The translations under genes were made by a program, and so were the position numbers. From an uncultured Gammaproteobacteria bacterium (GTDB taxonomy: Bacteria > Pseudomonadota > Gammaproteobacteria > JAURND01), in the NCBI GenBank assembly GCA_963714975.1, contig CAVQQD010000003.1, forward strand, positions 32,001 through 96,000: 64,000 nucleotides of DNA, written 5' to 3'. The notes below the pieces were generated by a model. That model was not told the DNA's origin. It saw only the letters and a list, made by a program, of their open reading frames with translations, and did no database searches. Position 1 is the first letter of the stretch; every line of letters starts with the position of its first letter. This document shows positions 1 to 10,422 of the stretch, piece after piece.

Positions 1-26
1 GCTGTCCTTCGTCATTGCGAGGAGCC

Positions 27-1472
27 ATGAAAAAAAAGCCAGTAAGAAAGCTGCTTGATGCTGAGATGAATCCTCAAGCGATAGCGGCGGGTCTGTTGGT
101 TCAAGTGCTGGTTCAAAAGCGCTCTTTGAGCCAGGTCCTGGACCAACTTCCCAAAGTGCAACCAAGTCTTAGTCTTATTAAAATGCTATGTTTTGGGGTG
201 CTGCGTTGGTATTTGCGCTTGGAAAAAATCAGTCAAGAGTTGCTTGCTACGCCATTAAAAAGTAAAAATGCTGATCTTCACTTGCTGTTGCTGGTGGGTT
301 TGTTCCAGCTGCTCTATCTTAATATGCCAAAGTCCATGGCTGTCACCCAAACTGTTGAAGCTGCTCGTTTCCTTGGCAAATCCTGGGCCACGCGTTTACT
401 TAATGGCAGCTTGCGGCATTTTCTGCGCCAAGAGGCGGTGCTCACTGCACAAACAGACCATTCTCCCGACGCTTATTTCTCTCATCCTGATTGGCTGATC
501 AATAAGATCCAGCAGGCTTATCCTGAGCGATGGGAGAGTATTCTAGCAGCGAACAATCAACAGCCGCCATTACATTTGCGGGTGAATCAACGAAAAGTAG
601 CAATTTCCGCTGAGGCCCTGATCTCCGACGGGTCCTGCCGCGCGGGCAACCCGCCGTGCTCGCACGCTGCGCGCGGCGGTGTTGCCCCACGCGTCACCCG
701 TCGGCCAGAGGACTACAGAGCGGGAATTGCTGATCTCGCTCCGGCGACAATGCTACCCCATTGCTCATTCGGCCTCTGGCTTAAAACACCCTGCGAGGTA
801 GCCTTAATACCCGGTTTTGCCGAGGGTCTTTGTTCAGTACAGGATGGCGCGGCTCAACTGGCCGCGCCGCTTTTGAATTTAGAACCCAGGCAACGGGTAC
901 TGGATGCTTGCTCAGCCCCTGGCGGAAAAACGGCGCATATTGCTGAAATTCAGCCCGCTGTGAGCATGGTGGCGATTGATGCGGAAGCGAGTCGTTTGCA
1001 AAAAGCTCAAGACAATTGGCAGCGTTTAGGGCTGGAGAGCTCAATCCAATGGCTGGTGGGGCGGGCGGAAGAGGTTGATTCCTGGTGGGATGGGCAATTA
1101 TTTGAGCGTATTTTGTTGGATGCACCCTGTTCAGCAACTGGAGTGATTCGGCGTCACCCGGATATCAAATGGCTACGTACGAGCGAGGACATCGGGAAAT
1201 TACGGGTACAACAGGAAAAATTGTTAAACGCCTTATGGCCGCTACTGAAAGAGGGAGGGTTGCTGTTATATGCAACTTGCTCCATTCTGCCAGAAGAAAA
1301 TGACCAAGTGATTGAGGCGTTTTTGGCCGCGCATCCCGACGCTAAAATCGCAAAAATTGAGGCTGATTGGGGACAAACCACCGCGTGGGGGCGACAAATT
1401 TTACCCGGAATTGAAGACATGGATGGGTTTTATTATGCACGGCTGATTAAAGATCTTTCGGATAGCTCATGA
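27..1472 (+). CDS. rsmB: 16S rRNA m5C967 methyltransferase RsmB with in-frame repeat-derived insert
   Basis: NusB-like N-terminus, VQDGAAQ, LDACSAPGGKT, LDAPCSATG, YATCS, DGFYYA motifs; GAGGAG before ATG 27; extra peptide after LRVN. Confidence 0.95.
   Translation: MKKKPVRKLLDAEMNPQAIAAGLLVQVLVQKRSLSQVLDQLPKVQPSLSLIKMLCFGVLRWYLRLEKISQELLATPLKSKNADLHLLLLVGLFQLLYLNMPKSMAVTQTVEAARFLGKSWATRLLNGSLRHFLRQEAVLTAQTDHSPDAYFSHPDWLINKIQQAYPERWESILAANNQQPPLHLRVNQRKVAISAEALISDGSCRAGNPPCSHAARGGVAPRVTRRPEDYRAGIADLAPATMLPHCSFGLWLKTPCEVALIPGFAEGLCSVQDGAAQLAAPLLNLEPRQRVLDACSAPGGKTAHIAEIQPAVSMVAIDAEASRLQKAQDNWQRLGLESSIQWLVGRAEEVDSWWDGQLFERILLDAPCSATGVIRRHPDIKWLRTSEDIGKLRVQQEKLLNALWPLLKEGGLLLYATCSILPEENDQVIEAFLAAHPDAKIAKIEADWGQTTAWGRQILPGIEDMDGFYYARLIKDLSDSS
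599..731. repeat. GC-rich palindromic element (family B) inside rsmB
   Basis: Arms AGCAATTTCCGCT / AGCGGGAATTGCT; ~49-bp core identical (reverse complement) to sequence within 54951-55035; related copies at 19339 and 23117. Confidence 0.85.
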
Positions 1473-1999
1473 TCAAGGAGCCATTGTTTACGGTGAATCC
1501 CTCCGCCATACCCGCCTAAATTGCCATTGGCATTGATGACACGATGGCAGGGAATAATAATGGCAAATTGATTAGTACCATTCGCACGAGCGACGGCACG
1601 GCAGGCCGCCGGGTTGCCGACGGCTTTGGCCAGTTCTAGGTAGGAGCAGGTTTGGCCATAAGGAATTTTACATAGCTCATCCCAGACTTGTTGTTGGAAG
1701 GAAGAGCCGAAGATGCGCAATGGAATAGTGAAGGTTTTTAACTTGGCTTGAAAATATAAGGCGAGCTCGTTTTCAATAGCGGTGATGATCCTTCGAGACG
1801 GCCGCTTCGCGGTCTCCTCAGGAGGCACAGGAAGGATAATTGCTTTCGTCCGTTGTTGCAGACGCTTAAATTCACCCGGCAGAGCGCGGCGATCAGTAAA
1901 CTCCAAAAGATAAAGCGCCTCTTCATCCGCGATTGCTGTCATGGGGCCAAGTGGGGTCGCCACCTGGCTGGCAAAAAGTGAGAGTTGAGTATCAGTCAT
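1433..1999 (-). CDS. ogt: Methylated-DNA-protein-cysteine methyltransferase
   Basis: IPYGQT.SY, RAVARANG.N, IPCHRV active site, GGYGGG. Confidence 0.93.
   Translation of the reverse strand: MTDTQLSLFASQVATPLGPMTAIADEEALYLLEFTDRRALPGEFKRLQQRTKAIILPVPPEETAKRPSRRIITAIENELALYFQAKLKTFTIPLRIFGSSFQQQVWDELCKIPYGQTCSYLELAKAVGNPAACRAVARANGTNQFAIIIPCHRVINANGNLGGYGGGIHRKQWLLDHELSERSLISRA
1788..1825. repeat. Short palindromic repeat (family D-related) inside ogt
   Basis: atccttcgagacggccgcttcgcggtctcctcaggagg read in frame as PPEETAKRPSRRI. Confidence 0.6.
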
Positions 2000-2009
2000 C
2001 GCAATCTCC

Positions 2010-3233
2010 TTAGCATTCGATGGTGCTTAAATAATGATGTAATTCTGTGATAGGTATTACCCATTGTTCTTTGGCAATCTGTAAGCGCTGACCAGCTGAG
2101 GTAACAATAATCCTCTGGGTTTGATTAGGAAAATCCTTTTTTAAAGCCTCGGTATCAGGCAAAACTGGTGTTCTTGGCATCGATAATTTTGCCTCGAATA
2201 AATAGATTTTATGACTCGCCGTTTTCAGAACAAAATCGACTTCTTGACCGTCTTTAGTACGCCAGAAAAAAAGTTGCCAATCCTTTTGATAATTTCTTAT
2301 AAACTTGAAAATTTCCGCAAAGACCAAAGTTTCAAATAAGGGTCCAACTTGTGGACTGGTAAATAATACTAAGGGATCAGACCAACCTTGCAACCTAGCT
2401 GCTAATCCTGTGTCCAAAAAATATAATTTCGGAGTTTTAATCAAACGCTTGTTCAAATTAGTATGATAAGGGCGCAATAAATAAACCAGGTCAGCACGCT
2501 CCAGAAAACCTACCCATTCCTTAATCGTGATTGAACTCATGCCGCTATCACTGGCGATAGCAGAATAATTTGTTAGCAAACCCGTTCTTCCTGCTAATAA
2601 GCCTAGCACTCGAAGAAATTCGGATACTTTCTGGATGCCGGCGCTCATTACAATATCTTTTTCTACATAAGTACGTATATAGTCATTTAAGTAAGAGGTT
2701 ACCGGAATATCAGGGTGAGTATATAACTCCGGCCATCCGCCCTGAAAAAGAATTTGATTTAATTTAGTTTCCGGCAGAGCTTGCAAAATTTCATGCACAG
2801 TTAAGGTATTTAAATAATAAAAGGAAGCTCTGCCGGCTAAACTTTCTTTGATATTTTTATCCATCAAAATTTGATTAGAACCTGTTAGCCGAAATAACAC
2901 CTCAGGCTTAGACAATGCAGTAGATCCCAGTGCCGCTTTACGTTTGTACTGATCAATAATTTTTTTGAGCTCGGAAAATAATGGCGGCACATATTGAATT
3001 TCATCGAGCAAGAGAGGAGGCTGGAATTGATGCATAAACAAAGCAGGATCACGGGTGGCAAACTCGCGCAGTTGCAGATCGTCAAAATTAATTTCATGAA
3101 ATGGCCTGACTTCTGTATCCGTAAGGAGAGAAGCAAACAAAGTGCTTTTGCCACATTGTCGAGGCCCAAGCAGCATCTGAATCCAGGCCGAAGGTTGGGT
3201 CAACTGATGAGTGAGGTCACGAGGAATAAACAT
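2010..3233 (-). CDS. AAA_14 ATPase with DUF4143 (PD-(D/E)XK-like) C-terminus
   Basis: GPRQCGKST Walker A, LLLDEIQ Walker B, LTGS, ESLAGR, PKLYFLDTG, EVDFV...EAK. Confidence 0.9.
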   Translation of the reverse strand: MFIPRDLTHQLTQPSAWIQMLLGPRQCGKSTLFASLLTDTEVRPFHEINFDDLQLREFATRDPALFMHQFQPPLLLDEIQYVPPLFSELKKIIDQYKRKAALGSTALSKPEVLFRLTGSNQILMDKNIKESLAGRASFYYLNTLTVHEILQALPETKLNQILFQGGWPELYTHPDIPVTSYLNDYIRTYVEKDIVMSAGIQKVSEFLRVLGLLAGRTGLLTNYSAIASDSGMSSITIKEWVGFLERADLVYLLRPYHTNLNKRLIKTPKLYFLDTGLAARLQGWSDPLVLFTSPQVGPLFETLVFAEIFKFIRNYQKDWQLFFWRTKDGQEVDFVLKTASHKIYLFEAKLSMPRTPVLPDTEALKKDFPNQTQRIIVTSAGQRLQIAKEQWVIPITELHHYLSTIEC

Positions 3234-3335
3234 CCGGCTAGTTTAAACCGTCACCTTAAAACAGTCAACGCTGACACTGACATGTTGACACTGCAGCAAT
3301 ATTCAAGAAACCAGACAAATCTATCAGAGCCCAGT

Positions 3336-3396
3336 GCCAAGTGGTGTCGGTGTCGTCCACTTGGCTGGCAAAAAATGAGGGTTGACTATCAGCCAT
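3336..3396 (-). pseudogene. Displaced diverged copy of the ogt 5' end
   Basis: Aligns to 1946-1999; reads MADSQPSFFASQV versus MTDTQLSLFASQV, with a small internal duplication. Confidence 0.8.
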
Positions 3397-3414
3397 ATTT
3401 TTTAATAATTAGTC

Positions 3415-3684
3415 TTATCTCAAGTCAAATTGAGATATGTCTGTCGCAGAGCTGAAATCTAATCCATCAGAATTCTCAGTTCTTGAATAGCGATCAGCTA
3501 CATAATTTTGCAAATCACGGTGATCATCGGCTAAGCTAAAGAACGCCATTTTACTCTTAGCATTATGATAGGTGAAGAGTTCTGGATCTTTAAGATCAAT
3601 CTCTGTGCTAGCTACTTCCGTACTGGATACTTTCGTGCTATTGCTGCTTAAAAAACCAGTAACTTTATTAAATGATGTGCTCAT
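3415..3684 (-). CDS. Small hypothetical protein, candidate effector
   Basis: GAGGGT RBS before ATG 3684; PmrA-like box upstream; AT-rich. Confidence 0.55.
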   Translation of the reverse strand: MSTSFNKVTGFLSSNSTKVSSTEVASTEIDLKDPELFTYHNAKSKMAFFSLADDHRDLQNYVADRYSRTENSDGLDFSSATDISQFDLR

Positions 3685-3748
3685 ATCGATACCCTCATAT
3701 TTTTCTAACATTAACTTAACAATATTTATAATAGTTATTATTGGAGAT

Positions 3749-3781
3749 ATATTAACCAAAAATTCTTAAGAAAATATTAAG
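3749..3781 (-). promoter_or_regulatory. PmrA-like box plus -10
   Basis: Minus strand cTTAATATT-tt-cTTAAGAAT-N7-TAATAT. Confidence 0.65.
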
Positions 3782-3911
3782 AAGAAAAAAATTGTTGCGT
3801 TGCATACTCTGTAGGGGACATATGCCAAGGCTAAAAAAGTTTGTGTTTGTAATGACAACGTCATTTGTGCTTGCTATACTTTTATTAGGTATCCTAGGAG
3901 ATCAAATAGTT

Positions 3912-4705
<794 letters not shown>

Positions 4706-4830
4706 GTAAAACTATTCACCACATTGCCAAAGTTGGCAAAAACAGGCAGCAATGGTACGAAAATTTAGCTTTGCGGGCCGATACTTTTATGCGAAGCTAT
4801 GGTCCTTCCAATTATCAGGAATCAATCATT

Positions 4831-5946
4831 ATGCGGATTGCGATCCCTAAAGAAATTATTGAGGATGAACAACGGGTTGCAATGGTTCCGGCGCTGGTCA
4901 AAGAATTAACTCAGTTGGGCGCGCGGGTGCTATGCCAAGCAGGGGCTGGGGTTAATGCTAATTATCCCGATAACAACTATCTTGACGTTGAATTCTTTGA
5001 TGAAGCGCACTCATTATATCAAGCGGCAGACATCATCCTAAAAGTTCAGCCGCCTACTCCGAAGGAAATTTCCTTATTTCAACCGGGCAGTATTCTCATT
5101 AGCTTTTTATATCCTACTCGTTATCCTGAATGTGTCACTTCTCTGCAAAATCAGGGAGTTACCAGTTTTGCGATGGATCTACTGCCGCGCATTACCCGTG
5201 CCCAAGCGATGGACGCCTTGTCTTCGCAAGCCAATATTAGTGGCTACAAGGCTTGTTTGTTGGCGGCGAACATGAGCAAACGCTTTTTCCCCATGCTTAC
5301 TACCGCGGCTGGGACCATTCGGCCGGTGCAGGTTCTGGTTCTTGGGGCTGGAGTGGCAGGATTGCAAGCCATTGCTACGGCGCGGCGTTTAGGGGCGGTG
5401 GTTTGGGCCTATGATGTTCGCAGCAGTGCTAGGGAACAGGTGGAATCTTTAGGTGCCAAGATGATTGATACAGGCATCCAAGCCGAAGGTAGTGGGGGTT
5501 ATGCCCGAGAATTAACCGCTGAAGAACAACAACGCCAACAAACTGCCCTAGCCAAGGCGATTGCGGCGGCAGAAATAGTTATTACCACCGCATTAATTCC
5601 TGGCAGACCCGCTCCCAAGATTATTACTCGCGCTATGGTGGAATCCATGGCGCCCGGCAGTCTGATTATTGATATTGCAGCGGAAGCGGGTGGCAATTGT
5701 GAATTAACCCGGCCAGGGCAGGAGATTTTGCATCATGAGGTTACTATTTTTGGACCGTTGAATCTTCCCAGCCTGCTGGCGCGTGATGCGAGTACCCTCT
5801 ATGCCAGAAATATCCTAAATTTCTTGAAGTTAATCGTTCAGGAAGGGCAGTTAGAGATTGATTGGTACGATGAAATCATTGCCCAGAGTGTGGTGACCAA
5901 GGCGCCTTTGCCAGTGCACAAACCCAGGTTGGCCAGAATAGATTAG
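4831..5946 (+). CDS. pntAA: NAD(P) transhydrogenase alpha-1 subunit
   Basis: MRIAIPKE, RAQAMDALSSQ, GAGVAGLQAIATA, TALIPGRPAP. Confidence 0.93.
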   Translation: MRIAIPKEIIEDEQRVAMVPALVKELTQLGARVLCQAGAGVNANYPDNNYLDVEFFDEAHSLYQAADIILKVQPPTPKEISLFQPGSILISFLYPTRYPECVTSLQNQGVTSFAMDLLPRITRAQAMDALSSQANISGYKACLLAANMSKRFFPMLTTAAGTIRPVQVLVLGAGVAGLQAIATARRLGAVVWAYDVRSSAREQVESLGAKMIDTGIQAEGSGGYARELTAEEQQRQQTALAKAIAAAEIVITTALIPGRPAPKIITRAMVESMAPGSLIIDIAAEAGGNCELTRPGQEILHHEVTIFGPLNLPSLLARDASTLYARNILNFLKLIVQEGQLEIDWYDEIIAQSVVTKAPLPVHKPRLARID

Positions 5947-5955
5947 GAGATTTCC

Positions 5956-6258
5956 ATGATCAGTAATGAGTTAATTAGTTTGCTTTATATTTTCATCCTG
6001 GCGGCTTTTACCGGCTATGAAGTGATTCGGCGGGTGCCGGTTATTTTGCATACGCCGCTAATGTCTGGTACTAATTTTATTCACGGGATTATCTTAATTG
6101 GCGCGATTATCGCGCTGGGTAAGGCGAGCAACACCCTTGAGCAAGTGATTGGCGTTGTTGCCGTGCTAATTGCCACCATCAACGCGGTGGGTGGTTATGT
6201 CGTCACGGAACGTATGCTGGGAATGTTCAAAACAGTCAGGGATTCCAAGGGTAAATAA
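5956..6258 (+). CDS. pntAB: NAD(P) transhydrogenase alpha-2 subunit
   Basis: LHTPLMSGTNFIHG, INAVGGY.VT.RML. Confidence 0.93.
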   Translation: MISNELISLLYIFILAAFTGYEVIRRVPVILHTPLMSGTNFIHGIILIGAIIALGKASNTLEQVIGVVAVLIATINAVGGYVVTERMLGMFKTVRDSKGK

Positions 6259-6262
6259 CACT

Positions 6263-7633
6263 ATGATGTCATTAATCTATCTGGTAACTGCCATCCTATT
6301 AATTTTAGGCTTAGGCAAAATGTCCTCCCCAAAATCAGCCCGCCACGGCATCATTATTGCTGGCTGGGGCATGTTAATTGCCGTATTTGCCAGCATTTAC
6401 CAAGTGGCTTCTGAAGATTTACGGCAAAACCTGATATTAATGGCGGGCGCCATAAGTTTGGGTACCTTATTGGCCTGGTACTCCGGAAAAAAAGTGACGA
6501 TGACCCATATGCCGCAAATGATCGCCCTGTACAATGGCATGGGGGGTGGGGCGGCTGGGGCAATTGCGGCCTTAGAATTACTCAACTACCAGCAAGTATC
6601 GGGGTTGATGCAGGGTTTAGCCCTGTTAGGCGCTTTAATTGGTACGGTCTCATTTAGCGGCAGCTTAGTTGCCTTTGTAAAGTTACAAGAACTGTGGAAA
6701 CGCCCCGTGATTTTACCGGCCCATTCCTTGTGGAATATTCTGATGCTGCTAGCCTGCGTTGCGCTGGGAGTTTTTGTGTGGCTTTATCCAGGCTATGCCT
6801 GGGGATTGCCAGCGTTTTTTATTGCCTTATTTGTGTTTGGACTGCTGTTTACTGCCCCCATTGGTGGCGCCAATATGCCCGTGGTGATTTCGTTATTTAA
6901 CGCTATGACTGGCTTAGCCGTCGGTATTAATGGCTTTGTGTTAAATAATCCAGCCTTGATTATTGCCGGTACTGTCGTCGGTGCTTCCGGTACCTTATTA
7001 ACTCAGCTGATGGCGAAGGCAATGAATAAGACGCTGTATTCCATTGTCTTTGCTCCACCCCGCAAGCAATCAGTTCAAGCGCCGGGTACCGAGAGTGTCG
7101 GGGAATTAAAAGCTATGGAGGTAAGTGATGCGGCAGTGATGATGGCTTTTGCCAATAAAGTTATTATTGCCCCAGGCTATGGTATGGCAGTTGCCCAAGC
7201 CCAACATAAAATTTGGGAATTAGTCCAGCAGCTGCAACAGCGCGGAGTGACGGTGAAATTTGCTATTCATCCCGTCGCGGGGCGTATGCCGGGACATATG
7301 AATGTGTTGCTTGCTGAAGCCGGTGTCCCCTATGACAAAATATTTGACCTGGATGAAATTAATCCAGAATTTTCCAACACCGACGTAACCCTAGTGATTG
7401 GCGCCAATGATGTCGTAAACCCTTCGGCCAAAAGTGAACCAGGTAGTCCCATTTACGGTATGCCGGTATTAGACGTTGAAGCTTCGCGCAATACTTTGGT
7501 CGTAAAGCGTGGCCAAGGTAAAGGCTTTTCCGGCATCGAAAATGGGTTATTTACCCAAGATAATGTTCATATGCTATTTGGCGATGGCCAGGAAGTTATC
7601 AATAGGCTGGTGCAGGCGATAAAGGCAGTCTAG
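6263..7633 (+). CDS. pntB: NAD(P) transhydrogenase beta subunit
   Basis: MPQMIALYNG, PGYGMAVAQAQ, HPVAGRMPGHMNVLLAEA, GANDVVNP. Confidence 0.95.
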   Translation: MMSLIYLVTAILLILGLGKMSSPKSARHGIIIAGWGMLIAVFASIYQVASEDLRQNLILMAGAISLGTLLAWYSGKKVTMTHMPQMIALYNGMGGGAAGAIAALELLNYQQVSGLMQGLALLGALIGTVSFSGSLVAFVKLQELWKRPVILPAHSLWNILMLLACVALGVFVWLYPGYAWGLPAFFIALFVFGLLFTAPIGGANMPVVISLFNAMTGLAVGINGFVLNNPALIIAGTVVGASGTLLTQLMAKAMNKTLYSIVFAPPRKQSVQAPGTESVGELKAMEVSDAAVMMAFANKVIIAPGYGMAVAQAQHKIWELVQQLQQRGVTVKFAIHPVAGRMPGHMNVLLAEAGVPYDKIFDLDEINPEFSNTDVTLVIGANDVVNPSAKSEPGSPIYGMPVLDVEASRNTLVVKRGQGKGFSGIENGLFTQDNVHMLFGDGQEVINRLVQAIKAV

Positions 7634-8529
7634 ACATAAGTCAAATAATGTTCATATCCAGGCTTCTGCCCCCGCACTATTCCGGCATAAGCAGCTTTGA
7701 TTGCGCTGGTTACCGAACCAATTCCGCCATTACTGATGACATGATCGTCAATGGAGCGAATCGGGGTAACTTCGGCGGCGGTGCCGGTAAAAAAGGCTTC
7801 TTCTGCTTGATAGGCTTGCTGCAAGCTCAAATCTGTTTCCACTACCTGATAACCTAATTCTCGCGCTATTTGCATGACGATGCTGCGGGTGATTCCTGGC
7901 AAGATGGTTCCTAATTTTGGGGTGTAGAGCGTTCCTTGAGCAAAAATGAAAAAATTCTCCCCTGCGCCTTCTGAAATATAGCCCTGACTATCCAAGAATA
8001 ACGCTTCATGATAATGGGTTCCGCTCAATTCCAAAGATGCCAAAATGCCATTGAGATAATGGCCGGCTAATTTAGCAGCTACCACTGTGGAATCCGGGTG
8101 GATACGGATATAGCGGCTAGTCTTAATATCCACAGCATCATGCGGTAAGTACGCTCCCCATGGCCAACAGGCAATGGCAAAATCGACTGGAGCTCCTACT
8201 GGGTTCACCCCCATCTTGCCATAACTATAAAATGCAATGGGTCGGATATAGCCTTCAGACAGCTGATTGGCACGCAATAATTCGACACAGGCAGCCATAA
8301 TTTGCTCTTTGCTGTAAGTCAAAGGCAATTTAAGCACCTCGGCAGAAAATAAAAACCGCTCGATATGTTCTGCTAAAGCAAACACCGCAGGCCCCTGCGG
8401 TGTTTCATAACAGCGAATCCCTTCAAAAGCAGCGCCGCCATAATGTAAGGCATGAGTCAAAACATGAATTTTGGCTTGGTCCCAAGGGACGAGAGTTCCA
8501 TTGAACCAGATAAAATTTGTCACCTGCAT
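7630..8529 (-). CDS. ilvE: Branched-chain amino acid aminotransferase
   Basis: HALHYG..FEGIRCY, EGAGEN, LPGITR, FFTGTAAEVTPI. Confidence 0.95.
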   Translation of the reverse strand: MQVTNFIWFNGTLVPWDQAKIHVLTHALHYGGAAFEGIRCYETPQGPAVFALAEHIERFLFSAEVLKLPLTYSKEQIMAACVELLRANQLSEGYIRPIAFYSYGKMGVNPVGAPVDFAIACWPWGAYLPHDAVDIKTSRYIRIHPDSTVVAAKLAGHYLNGILASLELSGTHYHEALFLDSQGYISEGAGENFFIFAQGTLYTPKLGTILPGITRSIVMQIARELGYQVVETDLSLQQAYQAEEAFFTGTAAEVTPIRSIDDHVISNGGIGSVTSAIKAAYAGIVRGQKPGYEHYLTYV

Positions 8530-8796
8530 GGCGGTTCCTAAGTGTGTAGAGAAGCTGAGTATAGCTAACTATTTGGGAGAAATTCAAGATTTGGTGTTCC
8601 CTAGTCAGGGCAGCCATAGTCAGCAATAGATCCTCTTAGTCATCTGCCGTGCGCGCGATTGCATGGAACTTCAATGCGAAATACACTAGTTTTTCATTCT
8701 TTTTGTATGAAAATTGAACCCATCAGGCTATAATCTTGCGGTTGAGAAGTACGAAACAGTAACTTCCCTGAAAGATAAAAATTAGGAGCTAGAAAT

Positions 8797-9651
8797 ATGA
8801 GCAAAACCCCCAATGAAAAAGCTAAATTTTTGCCCGCTGGGGCCGCAGATGCCGCAGGACATATGGCAGCCTTTACCTTCTTTCCCTGGCTAATGTTAGG
8901 CCACAAGTCTTTTGCCGAAAGTCTGAAAATGACTAATCTAGTCCACAGCATTGGGCTACAATCAGCCATATTAGGCGTATATGGGTTTCTTTGCTTGTAT
9001 GTGTTACCCAAACTATTGCGCCGGTTTGAAAAAACGGCCCCTGAAAAGCATAGCTTGTCAGATACAGCTCCTAAGTTTCTCCCTGCACATACTGCGGAAG
9101 CTTTAATCCCTATGATTGCCTTTGCTGGCTTCCCTTGGATCATGCACAGTGGAGAGTTACTCGCAAAAGATATTTTTCAGGTTAAGGACGCCAATGGCAT
9201 TTTGGGATCACAAATGCTGCTCAACTGTATTTTTGCCTGCGTCGCTATGTATTTCTTAGCTGAAGTAATTAAACGTTATGAAAAACCTGCAAAAGGCGAG
9301 AATGCTCCTGGTGCTGCTGGCAAACAGAAAAAGTCAGAAACTGCTGCCTGGATGACGCCCACGCTAGCATTTGCCGGATTCCCCTGGTTAATCTGGGGAG
9401 TAGATACCTTAGCCGACAAGTTTGATATCACTCAGCTAAAAGATCATCTTGGGCTACAGTCAGGGTTCAATGGCGTCTATGCGTTTGTGTTTATGTTCCT
9501 GCTAGGGGTGGGGATTAACTGGTTGGCTAGTCCGAAACCGCAGCAAGCGGGGTATAGTGAGGTGAACCCTACTGATAACCCTGCCGGTGATGAGTTGGAA
9601 GAAGCTGAGGGGGAGGGCCACAGCGACACCGAGAGGATCACTAAGAAGTGA
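8797..9651 (+). CDS. Hypothetical membrane protein with three internal repeats
   Basis: AGGAG RBS; three ~80 aa units each with AF(A/T)xFPW and two hydrophobic helices; acidic tail. Confidence 0.75.
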   Translation: MSKTPNEKAKFLPAGAADAAGHMAAFTFFPWLMLGHKSFAESLKMTNLVHSIGLQSAILGVYGFLCLYVLPKLLRRFEKTAPEKHSLSDTAPKFLPAHTAEALIPMIAFAGFPWIMHSGELLAKDIFQVKDANGILGSQMLLNCIFACVAMYFLAEVIKRYEKPAKGENAPGAAGKQKKSETAAWMTPTLAFAGFPWLIWGVDTLADKFDITQLKDHLGLQSGFNGVYAFVFMFLLGVGINWLASPKPQQAGYSEVNPTDNPAGDELEEAEGEGHSDTERITKK

Positions 9652-9666
9652 TAAGGGCGTTTGACC

Positions 9667-10422
9667 CTACTTAGTTAATTTCGCCTGCAGTGCTGAAATA
9701 AAATCAATCGGCACGGGAAATACCACCGTCGAAGTTTTATCACCCGCTAAATCTAATAAGGTTTGCAAATAGCGCAGTTGAATGGCTTGCGGTTGCTGGG
9801 CTAACACCCGCGCGGCTTCTAGGAGTTTATTGGCTGCTTGATATTCCCCTTCGGCATTAATCACTTTGGCGCGGCGTTCACGCTCAGCTTCTGCTTGGCG
9901 GGCAATGGCGCGAATCATACTTTCATCAATGTCGACATGCTTTATTTCCACAACGTTGACTTTAATCCCCCAGGCATCAGTTTGCTCATCCAATATTTGC
10001 TGCACGGCGGCATTGAGCTTTTCACGTTGCGATAGCATATCATCCAGCTCATGTTGGCCCAGCACGGAACGCAGGGTAGTTTGAGCCAATTGGCTAGTGG
10101 CTTCGTAATAATTCTCAATTTGGATTACTGCCCGTTCGGGATCAATCACCCGAAAATACACCACCGCGCTGACCTGCACGGAAACGTTATCCCGTGAAAT
10201 CACATCTTGTGGTGGCACTTCCATCACTACCGTGCGTAATTGTAAGCGCACCATTTGTTGCACCCCGGGAATTAAAATAATAAGTCCTGGCCCCTTCACT
10301 TTCCAAAAGCGCCCTAACGTAAAAATCACCCCACGCTCATATTCTTTCAGAATGCGAATGGCGCTAAACAAAAATAGCACTACCAAGGCCACAATAAAAT
10401 AGAGTGCAAAGCCTGTGATCAT
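9667..10422 (-). CDS. Slipin/SPFH (stomatin-like) protein
   Basis: [34 protein letters not shown]. Confidence 0.93.
   Translation of the reverse strand: MITGFALYFIVALVVLFLFSAIRILKEYERGVIFTLGRFWKVKGPGLIILIPGVQQMVRLQLRTVVMEVPPQDVISRDNVSVQVSAVVYFRVIDPERAVIQIENYYEATSQLAQTTLRSVLGQHELDDMLSQREKLNAAVQQILDEQTDAWGIKVNVVEIKHVDIDESMIRAIARQAEAERERRAKVINAEGEYQAANKLLEAARVLAQQPQAIQLRYLQTLLDLAGDKTSTVVFPVPIDFISALQAKLTK

Noticed and set aside
4831-6258. Split pntA as a pseudogene or novelty
   Set aside because: Three-subunit PntAA/AB/B transhydrogenases are well known; each part has its own RBS.
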